Under the pieces are notes generated by a model, which saw nothing but the letters and a program-made list of their open reading frames with translations, made no database searches and was not told where the DNA came from. Source: Candidatus Izemoplasmatales bacterium (GTDB taxonomy: Bacteria; Bacillota_I; Bacilli_A; Izemoplasmatales; Hujiaoplasmataceae). From it: DNA of 15,080 bases. Position numbers and translations under genes: made by a program. Location of the stretch: NCBI GenBank assembly GCA_050177605.1, contig JBFXGX010000006.1, forward strand, positions 51,688 through 66,767, read 5' to 3'. Of the stretch, positions 1 through 5,922 are shown one piece after another. How positions within the stretch are numbered: position 1 is the stretch's first letter; every line of letters starts with the position of its first letter.

Positions 1-1
1 A

Positions 2-1726
2 GCCCTAGAAAACCTCGATCCTGATATTTTTGTTTATGGAGAACCTTGGGGCGGTGGTACGATTGGACTAGATTATAATTTACAAGCAGGTAAAAACAAT
101 TTAGATAACATGCCTTTAATTGCGGCTTTTAATGATAGTTTTAGAAATACAATCAAAGGTTCACCCGATGGAAGTGATGCAGGATATATTACCAATGGAT
201 ATAATATCTATGACATCATGAAAGGGCTCAAAGGGAGTATCGCATGGGATATGGGTGTAACTTCAAGCCAATCTGTAAACTATGTATCCGCGCATGATAA
301 TTTAACGCTTTATGACAAATTAAAACTAGTTAATGGATCTTCAGTATATACAGAAGAAATTGATTATCAAGCGAGACTTGCAAATTCGATTGTGCTTCTC
401 AGTCAAGGAATTCCTTTTTTACAATCTGGAGTTGATTTCCTAAGAACAAAAGGTGGAGATTCAAATAGTTATCAATCAAGTGATTCAGTAAACCAATTGA
501 ATTGGGTAAGAAAAAGTAATTATGTAGAATCGTTTGAATATTACAAAGGGATGATAGCGATTCGAAAAGCATTTGATTCGTTTAAGATGGTAACCGCCAC
601 GGATATCAATAATAATATCTCATTCTTATATCCAGATGGATTTGGACTCATCGGTATGCATTTAACGAAGAATGGTGAAGACATTTATGTTTATTTTAAC
701 TCAGGAGCTTCTGAGAACGAAATCACCTTACCAAGTGGAGCATGGAAATTACTTGCGAATCAACAAGTAGCAAACGTTGAAGGGATTGCAACATATGCAG
801 GAACTTATCCAATTAACAAAGCTGAAACGCTCATCTTTGTGCCTGGGAATCCAGAAGATGTAACAACGACTCCTGCAAGAGTACCAGTGATTACAAATAC
901 CATTGCCGCAATGTTTGAAGGAAGAGACTTTACGGTTACATCTAGTACGGATATTTATGCTTATAGCATTGATAATGCGCCATTTATTTATGTAGGTGCA
1001 ACGAAATCGTTAAATATCGGACAATTATCTGTTGGTGTTCACACGATTGTGATTAAAAATAGTGCTGGTCTTTCTTCCAGCCCATTTACTTTAACAATTT
1101 TACAGCTCAATAGTCCACCGGTAATCTCGAATGCAGTTCATTCTTTCGTAGAAGGAACGGATGTTGTTATTACTTCGACGAGCGACATCTATGCATACAG
1201 TATTGATGATGGCAGTTTTGTAAGCGTCTCACCGAGTACGTCGGTTCATATTGGCGTATTATCTCTTGGTACACACAATATTGTAATTAAAAACAGCGCT
1301 GGATTAACGAGTGATCCATTTGAAATAACGATTACTGAATTACCTTCAACACCGGAAATAACCAATACAGATACTACGATTACTGTTGGTGATGCATTTG
1401 TTTTACTGGTCAGTGAAGATGTAATGTATTACGCTATTAATGACAGTGAATTTTTCGAAATTACGCCTGCCAATGAGATTTTATTTGATTCTTTAAGTCT
1501 TGGTACGTATACGTTCCAAGTTAAAAACGCTGCTGGAAATGTTTCTAATATTTTTACACTTTCTGTAGAAGAAGTAGTGTCACAGACTTGTGAAGAAAAT
1601 CCTGATCAAGATGGCTGCCCAGTTGAAGAACCAAAAACAGGATGTACTTGGTTTAATGCCATTTCATTATTAAGCTTTGGTTTAGTTGCAGTATCAGCGT
1701 TTGTGGTCGTCAGAAAAAAATACTAA
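2..1726 (+). CDS. pulA: Type I pullulanase-like GH13 enzyme, 5'-truncated by the window edge; C-terminal half of the catalytic domain, 3 Ig-like repeats, Cys-x8-Cys loop and C-terminal membrane tail
   Basis: The frame is open from base 2 (ALENLDPDIFVYGEPWGGG...), so the track start at 110 is an internal Met. GH13 region III YGEPW (35-49, acid/base Glu) and region IV YVSAHDN (281-301) are present, as are pullulanase-type SQGIPF..G..FLRTK.G..NSY...D.VN.LNW and YYKG.IAIRK motifs. TAA stop at 1724-1726. Confidence 0.88.
   Translation, partial: ALENLDPDIFVYGEPWGGGTIGLDYNLQAGKNNLDNMPLIAAFNDSFRNTIKGSPDGSDAGYITNGYNIYDIMKGLKGSIAWDMGVTSSQSVNYVSAHDNLTLYDKLKLVNGSSVYTEEIDYQARLANSIVLLSQGIPFLQSGVDFLRTKGGDSNSYQSSDSVNQLNWVRKSNYVESFEYYKGMIAIRKAFDSFKMVTATDINNNISFLYPDGFGLIGMHLTKNGEDIYVYFNSGASENEITLPSGAWKLLANQQVANVEGIATYAGTYPINKAETLIFVPGNPEDVTTTPARVPVITNTIAAMFEGRDFTVTSSTDIYAYSIDNAPFIYVGATKSLNIGQLSVGVHTIVIKNSAGLSSSPFTLTILQLNSPPVISNAVHSFVEGTDVVITSTSDIYAYSIDDGSFVSVSPSTSVHIGVLSLGTHNIVIKNSAGLTSDPFEITITELPSTPEITNTDTTITVGDAFVLLVSEDVMYYAINDSEFFEITPANEILFDSLSLGTYTFQVKNAAGNVSNIFTLSVEEVVSQTCEENPDQDGCPVEEPKTGCTWFNAISLLSFGLVAVSAFVVVRKKY
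884..1585 (+). repeat. Three tandem 78-aa Ig-like beta-sandwich repeats within the pullulanase
   Basis: Repeat starts at 884, 1118 and 1352 (exact 234-nt period). Shared pattern P.I[TS]N......G.......D[IV]..Y[SA]I[DN]...F..[VI]........LS[VL]G.[HY]...[IV]KN[SA]AG..S..F.[LI][TS][IV]. Confidence 0.85.
1631..1726 (+). repeat. C-terminal PxTGC-TM-RKKY tail, copy 1
   Basis: PKTGCTWFNAISLLSFGLVAVSAFVVVRKKY*. Bases 1637-1726 match 5658-5747 at 80/90 nt and 28/29 aa. Confidence 0.95.
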
Positions 1727-1769
1727 TCTGTTTCAAAGCAGAACAAAGATGACCCTCTGTTTTGATATA

Positions 1770-1787
1770 CATAAATTATAATTTATG
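1770..1787. other. Perfect 18-bp AT-rich palindrome
   Basis: CATAAATTATAATTTATG equals its own reverse complement. Function unknown. Confidence 0.5.
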
Positions 1788-1819
1788 GGGAGACATTGAC
1801 AAAATTGTCTCCTTTTTTT
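1787..1819 (+). terminator. Probable intrinsic terminator after the pullulanase gene
   Basis: Stem GGAGACA (1789-1795) / TGTCTCC (1806-1812), 10-nt loop, immediately followed by T7 (1813-1819). Confidence 0.75.
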
Positions 1820-1834
1820 ATTCATTTATGAAAT

Positions 1835-1849
1835 ATGTAATCGTTCTCT
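1835..1849. promoter_or_regulatory. LacI/CcpA-family operator-like box 1 (cre-like)
   Basis: ATGTAATCGTTCTCT fits the cre consensus WTGNAANCGNWNNCW at all fixed positions. It is a near-direct repeat of box 2. Confidence 0.55.
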
Positions 1850-1870
1850 CTTTTTTTAGGCCCTTAATAA

Positions 1871-1899
1871 TTGACTATCATGAGTGGTTATTATAAAAT
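1871..1899 (+). promoter_or_regulatory. Sigma70/SigA-type promoter for the downstream operon
   Basis: TTGACT (1871-1876), 17-nt spacer, TAAAAT (1894-1899). It lies after the terminator and about 70 nt before the ATG at 1971. Confidence 0.7.
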
Positions 1900-1912
1900 A
1901 ATACTTGTATAT

Positions 1913-1927
1913 ATGTAAGCGTTTTTT
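1913..1927. promoter_or_regulatory. LacI/CcpA-family operator-like box 2, just downstream of the predicted transcription start
   Basis: ATGTAAGCGTTTTTT has the left arm and central CG of a cre/LacI site but a degenerate right end. ATATGTAA[T/G]CGTT[C/T]T occurs at both 1833-1847 and 1911-1925. Confidence 0.5.
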
Positions 1928-1970
1928 TAAAACTATATATATAAAACAAAACAAAAAAAGGAGAACAAAA

Positions 1971-4900
1971 ATGAAAAAGATTTTAAGTGCTTTTCTGGCT
2001 TTAATTGTGACAATGACTTTTCTTGGCACACTTAGCTTAGTTCCTCTAAAAGCTGCTGAAGGAGATAAAACATTATATATTCATATCTTCCAATTCGACG
2101 GCGACTACACAAATACCGGTGTTGGTATCTGGGATGGTGTAGACTGGAATAATTGGGCGGACGTATCAACCTCTACGGACGGGTTCGGTGCTGTTATCGC
2201 TAAAACATTCAGTGCAGACAAATTAGCAAATGCTAGCTTAATGTCTAGTATTGAAGTAAAACCTTCTCGTAATGCTTCAGTAGATGATAGTGCAAACTAT
2301 CTTGCTCCTGGCGAAGGTAAAGTATTCGCAGACATTTCATCTTTAATTTCAGGCACAGATACTGAACTTCACGTATACTACGTTGAAGGCGCTGATGGTT
2401 TCTTAACGCTTGAATATGCGAAAGGTACCGTTGTTCTTTATATGGACCCTGCTATTACAGTAGATCCTGCAACTTATGATGGTTGGGGAATCCACTCTTG
2501 GAATAGAGGAACAGGTGTTCCTAATATCGAATGGGGAGATGCATGGCCTTTCACAGAAACAGCTACTGTAACAGCTGGACAATATGATATTCCAATGGTA
2601 TTATCAATCGTTCCTGTTGGCGCAGATGCTTATCCTGATATGGGCTTCATCGTTCATAACGGCGATACAAAAGCTTATCCAAATGACCTTTCAATTCCAT
2701 CTGCAACAGATGGTCCAGTGAATATCGTATTCTACATTCGTGGAATGGATACAACATTATTAGATGCTTCTACTTTCTTAGCAGATGCTGAAACTGAATA
2801 TGTTGCTGGTTTAGTTAACAGATTTATGGCTGGTACAGTTATTACGGATCCTCAAACTGTAACAGTTGAAATGTTCCAACCTAAAACTCCTTTTGAAATC
2901 GTTGATCGCTTATGGATCGAAGATGCAGAAGAAGCTATCGTTGCTGTTGCTGGTTTTGATTTTGGTGATGTATTAACATTAGGTGAATATGATAGTAACG
3001 TTACAATCGCTTCTCAAACTCATGTTCAATTCTTTATGAAATTACCTGCTACTGCAGATGTAACTAGCCCATTATCTGATTATGGTGTAGTTGGAAACTT
3101 CCAAGGATGGAATCCTGGAGCTGCAGTACTTCCTACAGCTTTCTTAACAAATGCATCTGGAAACTGGTTAGTATTTGATTTTGCTACTTTTGAATCCGCA
3201 ATCTCATTCAAAGTACTAGGTATTGGTGAAGATGATCCAGCTACAACAGAAGTAGATGAATCAACTGTATTTGCATGGGGCGACCCAGAAGTTGGTAAAA
3301 TTGCTGGCGATAATATCAATATCGATTTTGCTGGTGCAAGTGCTGTAACTTATAAATTCTATGCTGAAACTGAAGTATTAACTTCTGATTTACTTCTTGG
3401 TGATGCAGCAAATTATACTTATACAGCTATCACTCCTACAAATAATCTATTAACAGTATTCTTACCTCTTGATCCAGGCTTATTAGTTGAAGGCGATTCA
3501 TACGATACAACAAATGTTGCATTAGTTGGTTCACTTCAAGGATGGTCACCAGAAAATGGTATTCTTCCTACTGATATTTTAACAGTTGGTCTAAATCAAG
3601 TTGCAGTATTCCAAGTGGATACAGCAGATGTTAGCGGTGAATACAAAGCTTTATATATTGGCGCTGATGATCCAGCTACAACAGAAGTTGATGAGTCAAC
3701 TGTATTTGCTTGGGGAGATCCTGAGTTAATTACTTCAAACACACCATTCAACTTTGGTACTGGAACTTCATTAGTTCAAGACTTTGGTGGAGATATTGTA
3801 TTATTAGATACTTATGAAAGCACTGTAACAGTTGAAAATATTTTCTGGTTATCAATTTATATGGAAAATAATTATACTGGCTACAATGTTGGTATCGTTG
3901 GTGCTTTAAATGGTTGGAATATTAACAATCCAATTCTTCCTGCAGGCACAGACGTATTTGGTAACTTATACTTTGATTTAGCAGTAAGTGCTAGAACTGG
4001 CGAATTCAAAATCTTTGTTGATAAAAACGAAGATGGATTTGACTGGGGAGATGCAGTGACTGGTAACGATAATGTTGCTTATGATTTAGGCGCTGCTAAC
4101 CAAGGTGTTTTATACTTCGCAGAAGATGAAACAAACGTATTTGTTAAACAAGTTATCGGCGAAGATTTAAGTGGAATTACAACTAAATATGCTACATTTA
4201 CATTTGCAGATAATACATTTGCTGATGTTAGAGGTGACTATACAGTTTATTTCGTAGAAACTCCTGGAACTGATTTAGTTGATGAATTCGTCATTGATTA
4301 TGCATTAGCATATCAAACTGAAAATGGATTTGTTGTTCCTGCTGAATCTTCTGATTTCAACGCTACTTATGCTTTAACTCCTACACAAGTAGAAGTATTA
4401 TTAAATGGCGTTAACTCAATGGATACATTCCAAATCTTTGATGAACTTGGAACTGCTGTTGCTATTACAAGCATTGATCCATTATATGCAATGGGTGATT
4501 ACACTGCAACTGTTACTCCAGCTGAAGGTGAACATCTCGTTACACTTTACTTACATACAGATCGTACATATACAAACATTTCACAATTTGGTGTTGTAGG
4601 CTCATTACAAGGATGGAACATTGGTGCTACAATCGCTCCAGTTGGAACGGATTCTTTAGGTAATATCGTATTCCAATTTGCTTTAGCTGATTCAACAGAT
4701 AATACTGAATTCAAGATCGTATTTGATCCTGAAGGCGATGGATTTGCTTGGGATGGAAACGAATGTACTCCTGCAAATGTTGTTATCGTTCCTAATCAAG
4801 ATTTATCATTGTTATTCGCTGATGGAAATAGCGTACCTGGAAACAATGCTTTCACAGTTACATTAACTAATCCATTAAGTGCAGATCATGATTATGAAAC

Positions 4901-5747
4901 TTTAATCGTTGATGCAAAAGGATTCTCAGTATATGCTCCTCTTTATGTTGATAACTCCGCTCCTGATGCTTACTTCACAGTAAAACCAGGCGTTGCATTC
5001 ACAGTTGAAAAAGGTACAGAATTCGATATCTTTGATTACTACACAATCTTCAAATTTGTTGATGGTAGAGATGGTGAAATCGCTTATACAGTAGATCAAG
5101 CAGTTAATACAAACGTTCTTGGCGCTCAACAATTTATTATCAGTGCAACTGATACATATGGAAATACAACTTCTGTAACATTAACATTTACAGTTATCGA
5201 TACAACAGATCCAGTTCTTGGCGTTATGGGTCCTAACGTATTCGAAGTTGGTTCAACTGAACCTACATGGGCATACTACGCACAATCTAATGAAGGAACA
5301 ATCGTTGTTGATGCTTCTCAAGTAGACATGAACACCGTTGGTGAATTCTATGTTAGATGGACTGCTACAGATGCTTCTGGCAATGTAACTACAAAATCAT
5401 TAAAAATAACTATCGTTGACACAACAGATCCTGTATTAACAGTTTCTGGAGATCAAGAATTTACAGTAGGCGATGCAGTTCCAAACTGGGCATCATACGC
5501 TACTACAAATGAAGGAACAGTTACAGTTGATTCTTCAGCAGTTGATTTCACAACAGCTGGAACTTATACAGTAACTTGGACAGCAACAGACGCTTCTGGA
5601 AACAGTGCAACAGCTTCGTTAGATATTACAGTTGTCGCAGCTGAAGAAGTACCTGCAACAGGATGTACATGGTTTAATGCAATTTCATTATTAAGCTTTG
5701 GATTCGTTGCAGTATCTGCCTTCGTTGTTGTTAGAAAAAAATACTAA
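1971..5747 (+). CDS. Large secreted, C-terminally anchored, apparently non-catalytic multi-module alpha-glucan-binding surface protein (1258 aa): signal peptide, 2x CBM41-like, 4x X25/SusE-F-like, 3x Ig-like, PxTGC tail
   Basis: SD AAGGAG (1958-1963) precedes ATG 1971. Signal peptide MKKILSAFLALIVTMTFLGTLSLVPLKA. CBM41-like motifs LYIHIFQFDGDY...IW...DGFG and YDGWGIHSW...W...MGFIVHNGDTK. Four VG[NSA][FL][QN]GW...[FY]K...F.W modules. C-terminal D[TN][TS].P..SA/TATD..GN Ig repeats. No GH13 catalytic motifs were seen. The CDS is secure; domain names are by eye. Confidence 0.8.
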   Translation: MKKILSAFLALIVTMTFLGTLSLVPLKAAEGDKTLYIHIFQFDGDYTNTGVGIWDGVDWNNWADVSTSTDGFGAVIAKTFSADKLANASLMSSIEVKPSRNASVDDSANYLAPGEGKVFADISSLISGTDTELHVYYVEGADGFLTLEYAKGTVVLYMDPAITVDPATYDGWGIHSWNRGTGVPNIEWGDAWPFTETATVTAGQYDIPMVLSIVPVGADAYPDMGFIVHNGDTKAYPNDLSIPSATDGPVNIVFYIRGMDTTLLDASTFLADAETEYVAGLVNRFMAGTVITDPQTVTVEMFQPKTPFEIVDRLWIEDAEEAIVAVAGFDFGDVLTLGEYDSNVTIASQTHVQFFMKLPATADVTSPLSDYGVVGNFQGWNPGAAVLPTAFLTNASGNWLVFDFATFESAISFKVLGIGEDDPATTEVDESTVFAWGDPEVGKIAGDNINIDFAGASAVTYKFYAETEVLTSDLLLGDAANYTYTAITPTNNLLTVFLPLDPGLLVEGDSYDTTNVALVGSLQGWSPENGILPTDILTVGLNQVAVFQVDTADVSGEYKALYIGADDPATTEVDESTVFAWGDPELITSNTPFNFGTGTSLVQDFGGDIVLLDTYESTVTVENIFWLSIYMENNYTGYNVGIVGALNGWNINNPILPAGTDVFGNLYFDLAVSARTGEFKIFVDKNEDGFDWGDAVTGNDNVAYDLGAANQGVLYFAEDETNVFVKQVIGEDLSGITTKYATFTFADNTFADVRGDYTVYFVETPGTDLVDEFVIDYALAYQTENGFVVPAESSDFNATYALTPTQVEVLLNGVNSMDTFQIFDELGTAVAITSIDPLYAMGDYTATVTPAEGEHLVTLYLHTDRTYTNISQFGVVGSLQGWNIGATIAPVGTDSLGNIVFQFALADSTDNTEFKIVFDPEGDGFAWDGNECTPANVVIVPNQDLSLLFADGNSVPGNNAFTVTLTNPLSADHDYETLIVDAKGFSVYAPLYVDNSAPDAYFTVKPGVAFTVEKGTEFDIFDYYTIFKFVDGRDGEIAYTVDQAVNTNVLGAQQFIISATDTYGNTTSVTLTFTVIDTTDPVLGVMGPNVFEVGSTEPTWAYYAQSNEGTIVVDASQVDMNTVGEFYVRWTATDASGNVTTKSLKITIVDTTDPVLTVSGDQEFTVGDAVPNWASYATTNEGTVTVDSSAVDFTTAGTYTVTWTATDASGNSATASLDITVVAAEEVPATGCTWFNAISLLSFGFVAVSAFVVVRKKY
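3231..3290 (+). repeat. Identical 20-aa peptide DDPATTEVDESTVFAWGDPE, copy 1
   Basis: Matches 3666-3725 at 53/60 nt; all 7 differences are synonymous. Confidence 0.95.
3666..3725 (+). repeat. Identical 20-aa peptide DDPATTEVDESTVFAWGDPE, copy 2
   Basis: Matches 3231-3290 (see copy 1). Confidence 0.95.
4950..5640 (+). repeat. Three Ig-like (DUF5011/HYR-like) stalk repeats
   Basis: Units begin DNSAP (4950), DTTDP (5199) and DTTDP (5418). The last two share F.VG...P.WA.YA..NEGT..VD.S.VD..T.G...V.WTATDASGN. Confidence 0.85.
5652..5747 (+). repeat. C-terminal PxTGC-TM-RKKY tail, copy 2
   Basis: PATGCTWFNAISLLSFGFVAVSAFVVVRKKY*; see copy 1 at 1631-1726. Confidence 0.95.
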
Positions 5748-5821
5748 TTTAATAAAAATGATTTGTATCATTGGCATTGAGTATTGCGCTTAATTCCAAA
5801 CAAAATGATTTACAGACATTG

Positions 5822-5870
5822 ACTATGGGGATATGATGCACCGAAGTTTGGTGTGTCATATCTTTGTAGT
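5822..5870 (+). other. Long intergenic RNA hairpin (stabiliser, processing site or weak terminator)
   Basis: ACTATGGGGATATGATGCACC (5822-5842) pairs without gaps with GGTGTGTCATATCTTTGTAGT (5850-5870): 21 pairs, 15 Watson-Crick and 6 G-U. No adjacent U tract. Confidence 0.7.
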
Positions 5871-5922
5871 ATTAGTAAATATTACTTTTTAATAATAAAA
5901 AAATGAAACGGAGGCAATAACT

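Noticed and set aside
110..112. ATG 110 as the pullulanase start
   Set aside because: The frame is open upstream to base 2 and encodes the catalytic YGEPW motif, so the gene begins before the window.
1796..1824. Perfect TTGACA as an additional promoter
   Set aside because: It lies in the terminator loop, and the hexamer 17 nt downstream (TATTCA) lacks the conserved final T. Not supportable as a feature.
1905..1970. TTG 1905 start for the large surface protein
   Set aside because: It has no SD and coincides with the predicted transcription start. ATG 1971 has AAGGAG and opens directly into a signal peptide.
3080..3319. 79-aa minus-strand ORF
   Set aside because: Antisense shadow inside a well-supported CDS; no recognisable product.
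4405..4599. 64-aa plus-strand alternate-frame ORF
   Set aside because: Out-of-frame within the large CDS; its L/Q/H-rich composition is what a shifted reading of these codons produces.
4926..5132. 68-aa Cys-rich minus-strand ORF
   Set aside because: The Cys codons arise from reading the host gene's opposite strand; no independent support.
5819..5847. TTGACT as an internal promoter before the SBP gene
   Set aside because: No -10 element at 16-18 nt spacing (TATGAT is only 7 nt away), and the region is explained by the hairpin.
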